From Rhina ancylostomus (Eukaryota): 64,000 nt of DNA. The notes under the pieces were generated by a model, which was given only the letters and a program-made list of their open reading frames with translations, was not told the origin of the DNA and made no database searches. Below, piece by piece: positions 52,933-64,000 of the stretch (position 1 is the first letter of the stretch; each line of letters begins with the position of its first letter). The translations under genes were made by a program, and so were the position numbers. The stretch is taken from the NCBI GenBank assembly GCA_030265395.1, contig JARFYF010000001.1, forward strand, positions 92,538,037-92,602,036. The letters run 5' to 3'.

Positions 52933-53100
52933 CTGGAGCATATCCCGACGTAGCAGTGCAGGCTTCCACATCAGGGAATTGGAATACGCTGACACAGGAG
53001 TGCACGATCTCACAGACGCACTGCCCATTTAGCAGATTACAACCAGATACCTCAGGGCACAAGTCATGTTCTGGCACAACATCCTCAATGAATTCTATTT
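52933..53100 (-). CDS. Internal coding exon of a CRIM1-like (cysteine-rich motor neuron 1-like) gene, equivalent to CRIM1 exon 2
   Basis: Minus strand: acceptor tttatttctttcttctgcAG, then 168 nt, then donor CAG|GTaaaa; phase 1-1 and open. Translation xIEFIEDVVPEHDLCPEVSGCNLLNGQCVCEIVHSCVSVFQFPDVEACTATSGYAPx. Cys spacing C-x5-C-x6-C-x-C-x5-C-x11-C, with GCNxxNGxCxC and FxFP, matches recalled human CRIM1 exon 2 (PCNENLIAGCNIINGKCECNTIRTCSNPFEFPSQDMC, C-x7-C-x6-C-x-C-x5-C-x11-C). Confidence 0.85.
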
Positions 53101-56100
53101 CTGCAGAAGAAAGAAATAAATTTAGTTTCAGATAAAGACATTAAAGCATCAGTCAACCTTTTAGTGCAGAAATCAGAGAATTCAACATCGTGCTTCACAT
53201 CTTCAACTATCAATTGAAGGGCAGATACCTTGAAATTTAACGATGCCTGCATCGCCAACTGTGCCGAATACTTCCTTCAGCATATTTATTATGCCTCCCA
53301 GATTCATTCCTTTGATTTCAAACCAATGAATGAATTTCAGAGGCAGGGACAACCACCCTGATGTGATGACAACTTAAGGATGAATTTCAATCCAAAACTT
53401 TCTTAATTTGCTTTCAAGTATGTATTCTATCTCATTTGTTTATTTGAAAAGTATTTTCAATTTGTGTCCTTTTCAACATTCTTGTAGAATGATATTGTGC
53501 TGGATTCCAAGTTTTAAATCAGCAGCCAAGTTGTGCATAGGGGTGGCTTCTCACAAAAACCTCAATTTGAATTTAAGTCTACATATGCAATCCAGACGCT
53601 TATTAAACTAGTACCATGGATAGCAGTTGCTGAGCAGCAATCAACTCTTGCTTTGCCTGTTATCTTTATTTGTCAATTCAATAAGTTAATCTTTCTCAAA
53701 AACAAAAAAAAATTGAATGGAATGTTTAATGCTGCAGTTCGGAAATAAAACCAGATGAATTCTTTCTGAAATGAAATTAAAAATATTTAATAGGACAATA
53801 GAGGTCAAGTTAATGTTTAAAAACATGCTCTTATTTCAAGGAAGACTGCTACAAAATAATGTTTTATAATTTCCCCAGAGGCCTTTGATCTTTTCACTTA
53901 TNNNNNNNNNNNNNNNNNNNNNNNNNNNNNNNNNNNNNNNNNNNNNNNNNNNNNNNNNNNNNNNNNNNNNNNNNNNNNNNNNNNNNNNNNNNNNNNNNNN
54001 NTGGGTATAAATCAGAAACAAGTTTATTGGTACAAGGGATAATGGGTCAAACATGCTGACCAACAGCTGGCATGAAATCACTGGCCTCAGGCTTAGCTCA
54101 TCTTGGACTTCCATGCTCATTCAGTAAAACATGGATATCCTCAGGGAGCTGGAGGTCAGAGTCAGGCTCCCTGACTGCTCAAATTCAGCATCCCAGCTTT
54201 ACCCAATTGATGGCAAATCTACAATTAGCAATTTTGTTCATATGAATGGCATCCATGACCCTGTGGAGAAAGTTAAGAGTTTCAATTAAAATTTAGATGT
54301 TTTTAGTTATTTACATGTATTTTAGTGTTTTTAATTACATTTAAAAATCTCTAACCATCAAAGCCTTCTGAAAACTGTTCTAAAGGTCTTTCACTCTGAG
54401 GAACAATCAAAAGGTCTTCAGACATTCAAGAGAAGGAGCCTCAGCCATATGCCACCTCTTCGTCACCAACTGGAGCATTGCAGGGTGCCTCTTGGGTATG
54501 GAGGGTCAGCTTGATTCAAACCGCCACAGCTGGAAAAGCAAGTCTGAAATGACTAACACTACAGTGGAACAGCCTGGGTACCAGTTGGGTCCAGCACAAA
54601 ATGGCCCATAGCTTGGTCAGTTTATGTTTGATAACTACCTCGTTAAATCCCACATCATCCACACATTTGAGACCGATCATGTAATTGCACTGATGAAACA
54701 ATGTGCTGCCAGAATGCTGAGATAAACTATCATGACATCAAACAAGAACAATGAGTTTGGCATTCCTGCAGGAAGTATTATCTTCTCAAATCAATGTGCA
54801 CAAATCATTCACATGAACACAACCACATCAAGGCTTTTCCTCCCCACCCTGAAGAAAGATTGCCAACATTTTTGATGAAAACAGTACTTCTTTAAAATTT
54901 TGGACTGTCAAAAGGAGTTAATTCAGTCTTTGCCAAGAGCTTCCAGAAAGGCCTGTGTGAAGTCTCTGTCTTTCTCTGTTATAACTACTACGTGCCAGGA
55001 GGCCAGGTGTTAGGAAATTAAAAACTCTGCTTTAGGCCCATGACTGGGAGGCAGTTAGGGGAAATTATATGCTGCAGCCAAGAAATTCAAATGAAAATTA
55101 TTTGTGTTTTTAAACACATGATAGCAATGCCTCCAACAGGACTACAAAAGGACCGCTTCAGCATCTAGGTACATTAACACTTCACATACATGTCTGATTA
55201 TTAAAAGATTTAGGAAGTCAGCAAAAGGATAAAAATCACATTGGCCATCACGTGTCCTAAACCCCAGGCTGCCCTGCGGATGTTATGCCGAAGTGGGAAC
55301 CAAAATATTAATAACATTTATTTTGTAATACCACCAATGGAACCACAAATGGGTGCAAAAATATAATGAATGATTGCCCGATTTAAATCTGGACTGTGCA
55401 GTGGTTAATAAGACTGCAAACTATTCCATTCTTACAGATGCATATTGGTTTACCATCTCTCATTTTCTATGCAATCAGCTCCTCAAGCATGTAAGAAATA
55501 GATTGCTTCTTGCTGGTCTTTACCAAACCAAATAGAAGAGGAGATGCCTATCCAACTCAGGATATGCAATATTCCCAGTTGGTGCATGGAAGAACATAAA
55601 TACCCAATTTTCCTTCTGGCCAATCTGGATAGTTCAGGCACACTGTTGGATGAGCTGTTAAACTGGGAGGAAATAAAGGCTGCACCTCCCGGACAGAGGG
55701 GACTGCAGTAACATTCCCAGCTGTTGAGACAGAAACCTATTGACTGCAAAGCTTCAGGTGATCAAGGAAACCAGTTAAAAGATTCTGTTGTCTGCCAGTG
55801 AAATTTTCAGATTATCACTGGATCTGACGTTCAGCAAAAATCTCGGACAAGCCTTAGCTGTGAGCTCCTCTCCTAGAGACCAGTGAGAGTTGCCAGAAAA
55901 AAAAACAGCTGTGGAAATGCATCCCACCACTGTTACATTAACTGCACTTTCCCTGCACCCATTACAAGTATGGACTTATTCGCTTCCTGTGGTGAAACCA
56001 CAGGAAGTATCAGTGGGATTCAATGAGAGAAGACGCACTGAAACAAATTTACTACTTTTTCATTACTGCCCGAACTTATGGAGCTCCGATTACAGAGCCA

Positions 56101-56739
56101 CAAGGCAGGAATTTACTTGTTAAACCTCGGTCACTTGACTCGGTGATGGTAGAAGCCAAGTTTGTGGAGATGCAAGTGGCACCTAGTGTCCTCTACAGTT
56201 ACATCAGTACACACGCCCATTGTCTTAAAGTGAAACCAGCTGCCACTGAAACAGTCCTGCAATACAAATGAGGCGCTTTCTAAAGGAGTAGGGCTGCAAG
56301 CCAGTGCTAAGGAACTGTTTCAGGAAGGGCACATTGCCTTTATTTGTTTTGTACTTCATCAGCTTGAGAATAGGCATTCTGAGCAGGAAAATCTCTTCAT
56401 GAAATGCTGCCTTACTTTGTAAACAGGGGTAGGGGAGGACAGACAGTGCATAGTTGTTAGTATCACTTTCCCATCCCAAAAACTACCAGTCTGAGTGCAA
56501 AATAAAAGCAAATCAGAGCAGATAAATATAAAATATTATTTATCAATTCAAAATTATACCTGGCTGTTCTTAATATTTTTCTTGTCTGTGGACATGCTTA
56601 GCTATTGTGCAAAATATCAAATCTTTTTTAAACCAGTTAGTTAAACAACTTTTCTAAAACAAGATACACAAATTTCTCCTTTCACCTGAAACACCTTGAG
56701 AGCAACAAGGTGCTTTTCCATGCTGAGAAACTGAGCAGT

Positions 56740-57120
56740 TTATTGGAAGGACACACCTATCTCCTGCTCTTAAGGGGATTGAGAGGGGAGATGCAGGACT
56801 GATGTCTACCAAGGCTGGGATATCCAGAACCCAGGGTCACAATCTCAGAATAAAAAGGTCTGGCAAGTCATGACAGAGTTGAGAATAAATGTCTCAACTA
56901 GAGGCTAATGAATCTTTGGCATTCTCTATCAGAGAGGTTTTTGGAGGTTCAGTCACTGAGTATATTCAAGTCAGAGATGGATACATTTTGAGACTAAGCA
57001 AAACAAGGCATAAGGTGTTAGGGTCAGAAAATGGTGCTGAAGGAAAGGATCAGCCATGACCTTACTGAATGGCAGAAAAGGCGAGAAGGGCTAAATGACA
57101 AGCTCCTGTTTATGTTTTTT
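56740..57120 (+). mobile_element. CR1 LINE 3' fragment
   Basis: ccagaacccagggtcacaatctcagaataa…tgaatctttggcattctcta…gagtatattcaagtcagagatggataca…gatcagccatgaccttactgaatggcaga. Confidence 0.75.
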
Positions 57121-59461
57121 GTGTTATGCCGTGCTTCTGGCTGCTGGGAACTGTGTGGTTCAAGCATGATATGAACTTTCCCACCTTCCCTTCTCACTGA
57201 GCAACCTAGCAGAGGATGAGGGTGCAAACTTGTATTCTCGATCTACCTAAAGTCACAATTAGTTCCACATCCTGTCATAGCAGACTACGTGGAAAATGAA
57301 GAGGCAAAGAAACTGCAGTCCCTGAATGAGTACTTTCCTCTACTTCAAATATGTTATTACAAATTATCCTTTAGGTCTGCAATATTTCAAAATAATTTTA
57401 ATTTCACCATTAAAGATTATGCCTCATTCTGTGCAACTAAGATAAAATAATTATAATTTATGAACTATGTATCTGTTATATTGTTGCATCAGAGAAAATA
57501 ATTTTAATCTTCCATTTACATTATATGGGTTTAAACAGTCAATCAGGTAAAGCCTTATCACAATTTCATGGTTGTGTGTTGAAATTTTCTTTCAGATCAA
57601 TGAAAGCAGATTCTTGCTAAGCAATTTCAAAGCTCAGTTTCTTACATTAAAACAACCAGCTTTTGCCTGTATTGCAAGTGTCTGATTCTCTTATTTTGTG
57701 GTGGCGGTGATGGTTGTGGGCAGCAGTTGGCAGAGGTAAGTGGGAAAAGCAGCTTACTAAAACAAAAGGCTTCTATGGCAGGACTCTAAACAGCAAAAGA
57801 TATGAGAACGCTGCCAACAATTCATAATTTTTTTTGCTTCAAAAAAAAATGCCTCCCTCGTATTGATGTCATGATTTGCACTGTGCTGGAGATGCTCCAT
57901 TTTGTTTTACTTGCACTGCCAGATGGAATTTATTACAAATAATAATCCCTAATCACTATGGAAAGGTCTGTACAAGTTTTTGTGAAAGTGGAAATTGTAT
58001 GGTCAGCTTGGCAGGCTGCATTTTCTGGCCATTCATGCTGAGTAAACAAATGGTGGCCAGTGCTGCTGACAGTGGCTCTATACACACCTGCCAACAGAAG
58101 AGCAAGTAAACCCTGATGCTACTCTTCTAGCCACCCCTTTATATTGCTGAAATAATTAGAGATGCCAGTCATGGAAGAGCTGTGATGCAATGGGGGCTTT
58201 ATTTGGCTGCTTGCACCGAAGGCTTGATAGAAGAACACTGTGTCTGCAAGATGTGCTGTATATAGCAACAACAGGAAGGGGTCCAGAATACATAAAATAA
58301 CTGCCCGAGTTGCTTTGAGAAGAGTGCTCAGTTTGGCTGAAGAGAGCTGAACTTTTGTAAACTCCTGGCTTTAGATCTGTGTCTGCACAGTACGCTATTC
58401 AAAATTACTCACACAAATATACAAATAGCCTTTTAGGCTATTTAAGCAAGGCTGGAGATAAAATGGCTCAACGGCTGCCAATGTGTGGGCGGAGTGTCGG
58501 GAAAGTAAACAGAGGAGAGTCACTTGTGGCACTTTTTACATTGAAAGACACAAATATTTTCATTGGCACAAGGCTAAAATATTTACTTCAGAATTCAACA
58601 ACAGCAAAATTGCTGCTTTGAGCATTGCAGCAATATTAAGAGAACTGCTCGGTTTTCCACAAATGCGACAGAGCAACCCAACTATTGTAGGCATCTTACT
58701 ATTTTCTAAAGTAGACATTCTCTGCAGCCCAAAAGGTCAATCATGCAACAAAGCTTCTTTATATTTTGTCAGCTTTATAAGTGAAACAATTTCCATAGCT
58801 TTAAAGATGGTTTCACCAGGAATAATTTTAATCTGTGAGAGACAAGAGTTTCATTCTGCTGAGAGATACGGTTCAAATGACACCTTCAACAAAAGAATTA
58901 ACAAACTTCAGTGTCACTGGCAGCACATTCTATTGCTTAGCAACCCTGACAAATATCATCAGTGACTAAAGGCTCAAAATTAGTTCATTTTGTTTTAAAG
59001 AAAAGCTGCTGCTGTGGGAATGGTATTTTGTGAAAATAATCTGCTGCTAAACTAGGTGTCAGAATTGTACATTTTTGACAAAATATCTATTTGCTGCAGA
59101 AGTTCTTCAATTCTAAGGAGACACATTTCAGGAGTTGCCCATGAATAGCCTTAAAGGCATATACAAAATATTCAAGAGGAGATATGCTTAGAAATTCAAT
59201 AATTAAAAAAAGCAATGACTTGTCATGAAAACAGTGACTTGAATTTTCTATATTACACTTCCAATATTTTTAGGAAGACAGTACACTTTGAAATTTAAAA
59301 GAAATAGATTGCACCTGTTTTCAATGCAGTGAAGCATTGGTGAATTAGCACAAGCACCCAATGGAGTATCCCTCAATAGGAAATCAAAATTGGTTAAAAG
59401 CAAGTTTGCAACAGCAAGTTATTTTACATGCGGGGGGGGGGGGGGGGGAAGNNNNNNNNNN

Positions 59462-60430
59462 CCCCAAGAGCACCAAGTTGTGGACCTGCACAGCTTCCAT
59501 CAGGACCACAATAATTTAACACAGCTACCCATGCTTTTCTGTACAGCAGTCAGAGAAAGGTGTCAACCCACAAAAGGCACACACTCCAAACCAGCCTGAC
59601 AGCTGCAACATGTATCAAGGCAGATGTTCCACTGCCCAAAAGCTCACTGCCCATCTGCCCCTTTGCGATGGCGTTTGTTCCAGCTCACCTCTCATCACAA
59701 TCTTCCAAGGAACCCCTGCTCTGAGAACTCTGCTGCAGCCAGAAGAGTCAGCCAGTTGCAGTTGTAGAACCACTTTGAAATTCTGAGTTTCCATACTCCA
59801 GACTGCAGGGATGTCATAGCTGTCAGCGTGATCTTGTGAACATCTCATTCACTTTCAGTAGCATTTAAGGGCTTGTTTAAAAATTGTTGAAATTTGTTTT
59901 AAGGAGTTGTTACATTTATGATGGTAAAAAGGACACCAACACACAAAAATCAACATTTAATCATTAAGGGTAATAGAAACATCACTGGTCACCTTTTCCT
60001 TGGGTGTCAATATTTCTCATACATTTGAATGGGACAGTGTCAGATTTAAACCTAGCACAGAATAAATTAATATTTTTCATAGCCTGTTAGCTAGAAAATA
60101 TAGGAAAATTGTGTTGTCTCGTTAGACTCCNNNNNNNNNNNNNNNNNNNNNNNNNNNNNNNNGGTGGTGGTGGGTGAAGTACAGAAGGTATCACTGCCAA
60201 CTTTGATCAATGGTGAGACAGAAACAGGAATTTCCATGCTGATAGGTCCCAGTCTTGGTGCTGCTTCCGGGTGGCAGACGTGTCCCATTATTGCTGCCTC
60301 ACAGAAGGTGGTTCTGAGATTTTCTCAAGGGTTGGTGAATGAGATCGGTGTTGTGCTCCAGGAGATTCACCAGGTCTGCCATGACAGCAAGAGATAGCTC
60401 GAGATGTGCCCTTGTCTCCTCCAGGAGACA
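59462..60430 (-). pseudogene. Fossil PIF/Harbinger (HARBI1-like) transposase
   Basis: Frameshifted minus-strand pieces in canonical order: AHLELSLAVMADLVNLLE; ATGS…HG…SVSPLIKVGSDTFC (ATGSFQ…GISQSSVSRCI…TDAL-like); VVLQLQLADSSG…AGFLG (xNVQxVCD…FPGS-like); GLTPF; IIVVLMEAVQVHNL (IIxACCVLHN-like). Confidence 0.5.
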
Positions 60431-60824
60431 AACACAGAAAGACGGGGTTGCAGAGTGAGGGAGAGTGGGAGCGATGGAGAGCACAACTCCGCGGTGGGGG
60501 GAGGGGGGAGGAAAAGAGAGAATGAGAAAGATCAATTGTGACACAGAAAGAGGGAGAAAACAGTGATGGCAAAACAGAGGGTGAGAGTGTGAAACAGAGA
60601 GCGACGCAGAGACTTGACAGTGCCTAACCAGGCCGGAGGCAATGATCCTCCTTCCCCTGGGGAGAAGGGTCACCAAGGTGTAAATCACCTCAGGCAGAAT
60701 CTGCCAGCTATGCTCATTAACAGTGTTTCATTGTGATTATTACATTTCCACTGAATTGATCCACAGCAGATATCATCAATACAATATATGCTGCTGTATC
60801 ACCACCAAGGTGTTCTGGACACAC

Positions 60825-60940
60825 TAGAGACTGTAGATGCTAGAATCTGGGCAACAAACAAGATGCTGGAGGAACTCAGTGGGTCAGGCAGCCTCTATGG
60901 AGGGAAGTGGACAGTTCACGTTTCAGGTGAAGACCCTTCA
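60825..60940 (-). mobile_element. Penelope-like terminal fragment with truncated hammerhead relic
   Basis: gagactgtagatgctagaatctgg…tgctggaggaactcagtgggtcaggcagc…acagttcacgtttcaggtgaagacccttca. Confidence 0.75.
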
Positions 60941-63900
60941 AAAGTGTTTTAGGCTGAGATTTCAAGTATAACCTTATTCTGTTTGGTCTATTTTAGGAAT
61001 GAGAAGAGGCCCCCTGTTTCCCACTCCTCGAACCAGAATGACAAAGCAGCAGCAGATTGAGGAGTTACAGCAGATGAAGGAATAAGGAAGAGAAAAGTGG
61101 AGGGAGAGAAGGGGGTGGTGGTGCTGACCACAGTGCACCATTGCACCTGATACCCCCCAGCACCACCTCAGAGAATGGCATCACAAGGGATGAGTAAAAG
61201 ATGTCTAGGAGGGGCACACATCATAGAAAGAAACACTCATCATTAGCAGGATACAGTTCACTAATAAAACAGGATTTTATGCAGGGGCTAGGTCCACAAA
61301 TCTGTACAGTCCCAAAAGACTCTAAATGAAGACCACACTTGGATGCTTTCATGACAAGTCTGGTGTGGAATGTACAAGATGTTGCATGCTGTCACGCCCA
61401 CCTGACTGAACGTGGGGGATGAGAAGCAGNNNNNNNNNNNNNNNNNNNNNNNNNNNNNNNNNNNNNNNNNNNNNNNNNNNNNNNNNNNNNNNNNNNNNNN
61501 NNNNNNNNNNNNNNNNNNNNNNNNNNNNNNNNNNNNNNNNNNNNNNNNNNNNNNNNNNNNNNNNNNNNNNNNNNNNNNNNNNNNNNNNNNNNNNNNNNNN
61601 NNNNNNNNNNNNNNNNNNNNNNNNNNNNNNNNNNNNNNNNNNNNNNNNNNNTGAATGGATAGTGATATGATACCAGGGAACAGCTTGGTGGCCTCTGAGC
61701 AGCAAAGACAGCAATCACAAGTTAAAGCAAGGTTATTCTGCACACTTAACACTGGAAAAATACTGGTGTGCTAATGGGGATCAGAACTAGGATGCGCTCA
61801 ATTCAGTTTCACAACTGGTGTGATTTAATCCGGAATGATTGCTGATGTGATTAGTTATGGGTAATAATCAATTTTTAGTGATGTAGGCAATTTGATTTCA
61901 AGGCAATAGTTCCAAAACATCATTAAATTGTACCAATAAATACTCTAAAGTGGAAAAAAGAACAGCTTGAAAAAAAAAACACTGGAATGAAAATTTATAT
62001 TGAAATTCATTAAAGAGAAATAAAGAATTAACTAAATTGACATGGTCAACAGTACAATTGAGTGGCCTGATGGTAACTTGAGCAAAGGGGATCAATGGAA
62101 ACTTTGACCAATGATTCAGAAGGGGCAAAACAGCTCTCCAAAGAACCCGAGGCCAGTACTAATTTATCTCAAAGTATGACATCAGAATAGGTGGTTAACA
62201 GTAGCAATGAACTGTGCCTGCAGAAAATGGTTCCAGATTGATGGTTCAAAGTATAACCCAGGGCTCTACTAATCATGATATTCATCATTCTTCCAGTAAG
62301 CAACCTTCCTCCTCCCCAGGAAGGTTTTAATCATTTTATCACAACCTTTGTTCCAGTGATGTGTTCACACAGAATCTCTGCTGTGTAAAATTCAATAAAG
62401 TGACATGAGAGCTTTAATATTGCAGAAATCTGTCACATCAGAAAAAATGGAAAAATAAATTATGTTTGCAAGCAGGACACTTACAGGCAATAAAGCTAGA
62501 ACCATTTTTGCTTATGGTGAAATAGTCTGATTTGGTAAATGACCTCTCTAATGCTTCAATATGACTATTTTCATTGGTATGGTTCCAACTGAAACTCTTA
62601 CCCAACGAACTTTGCTGCTTTCCTCCAAAGTGTAAATGTTTCAACAAAATAAAACTCCAAAAGCTCAATTGTTAGGATCAGAGATCAAGTTGAATGAAAA
62701 ATACTGCAGAAGATTAAGCATTCTCATAAAACAAATTTCATTCAATCTAACATAATTGAAGGAAAATAAGAGATTTTCTTTTGGTGTGAGAAGGCAAGCA
62801 TAAATGCAGATGTAACAGCTTCTCAGATATTCATTCACATATTATTACTAAAATGTATTTGTAATTTGGATGCATGACTGTAACCAGTAGTGCAGAGTAA
62901 AACATCTAATTTTTATTGTCCTCCATTTCTTAGTGACTTCAAATTGCATGGAGGTTACACTCTGATCATATATCCCTTCAGAAATCTTCTTCCTTACATT
63001 GCCTCACAACTCCACATATTTATACCAAATAAAACTGGATGTTTACTGTTGGCTCAGCAGTTTTCTTTTCAGCAAAGATGAGCAATACAGAATTCCTGTC
63101 ATCAAATAGCAAATCAATTGTTAATTCTGAATTGATATTAATGGAATTTTTTTGATACAACAATAAGAAATACAGATCAGCAGCTTTCTTAGCAATGGCT
63201 CCAGGAGAGCTTTATTATCTAAGCAAGGTCTTTTCCTGAATAACCAAGAAATGGTACTCCACACAACTATTTATTTTCTACTTATTCTTAGCATTTGAAT
63301 CAGATTCAAATGGGGAGTCACTAGATTATCAACTTAAGCAAAGGAGTTGGTGCTACAAATACAAAGAGTAGAGTTGAGGATTCACATTGAAATTATCATC
63401 CTTAATATCATTTACCAAGTCTGTCCTACCCAAATGTTATTTTAATAATTGCACAATCAGAATTGCTCAATTAAAATGAACATCATTCCTTAAGTCAAGT
63501 CTCTACAATGCCTAAGATGCTCATGATATTATCAATTTATCAATGAGCCAATGGAACCTTGAATGTTAAGGAGAGTCAGGGATTAGTTCAAAGTCATTTA
63601 CATTAATGAAAAATTTCTTAAAATTCTAAAGTTAACAAACATCCTTTAACTTTATTCTAAAAGGCCAACAGAATGAGGTTAAGGTCAAAGAGCTATCCTC
63701 ATGTTTTCAACAACATTAATAATACAACACATCAGTATTGATACCAATAAGTGGCAAAGTCTGACAAATCTGCCAGTCTTAGTCTCAAGTGTACAAGGAA
63801 AAAACAGGAATCTACTTGGGCAAAAGTAATGTGTGGTAGATGCACACTGCTTGGGTAGCACATAGAAAGCATTATCCTTTGTCTTAGTTATGTCGCAACA

Positions 63901-64000
63901 AGTCAAAACCAAATCATTGCAAAATACTGTTCTGAACTTTTAACCCAATAGATTTAATCTTGGAATGAACTAATTATCTCTCTGGAGAACTATTATTATT

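Noticed and set aside
52866-53135. Plus-strand 89-aa ORF in the ORF track
   Set aside because: Antisense shadow of the minus-strand CRIM1-like exon; no recognisable protein.
58483-58965. 160-aa plus-strand ORF
   Set aside because: No domain similarity or splice context; consistent with chance.
62438-62668. Minus-strand ORF ending near a GTAAGT donor, as a possible upstream exon
   Set aside because: No signal peptide or IGFBP cysteine pattern; HIEALERSFTK looks at best like CR1 debris.
1-64000. CRISPR array, operon or prokaryotic defence system
   Set aside because: The sequence is vertebrate intronic DNA, with no regularly spaced direct repeats or gene-dense blocks.

Overview
AT-rich, repeat-dense vertebrate genomic DNA. 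The repeat families (HE1/V-SINEs, SacSINE-type Deu-SINEs, CR1/HER1, L2, Rex1/Babar, Penelope-like elements) point to a cartilaginous fish (shark or ray), from a gapped draft assembly. Almost all of the window is intron-like, and the ORF track entries are mostly noise, gap artefacts or transposon debris. I found one convincing host coding exon, which the ORF track misses: a 168-nt phase-1/phase-1 exon on the minus strand (52933-53100). It encodes a six-cysteine module (…DLCPEVSGCNLLNGQCVCEIVHSCVSVFQFPDVEAC…) matching exon 2 of CRIM1 but looking too divergent for a true CRIM1 orthologue, so it may belong to a CRIM1-like paralogue. Other notable elements are decayed minimal hammerhead ribozymes in Penelope-like termini, a CpG-rich solo LTR with promoter motifs and a splice donor in the gene's sense orientation, a fossil PIF/Harbinger transposase, and several palindromic MITE-like elements. 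Repeat boundaries are approximate, and family names come from recognition by eye, not a database search.
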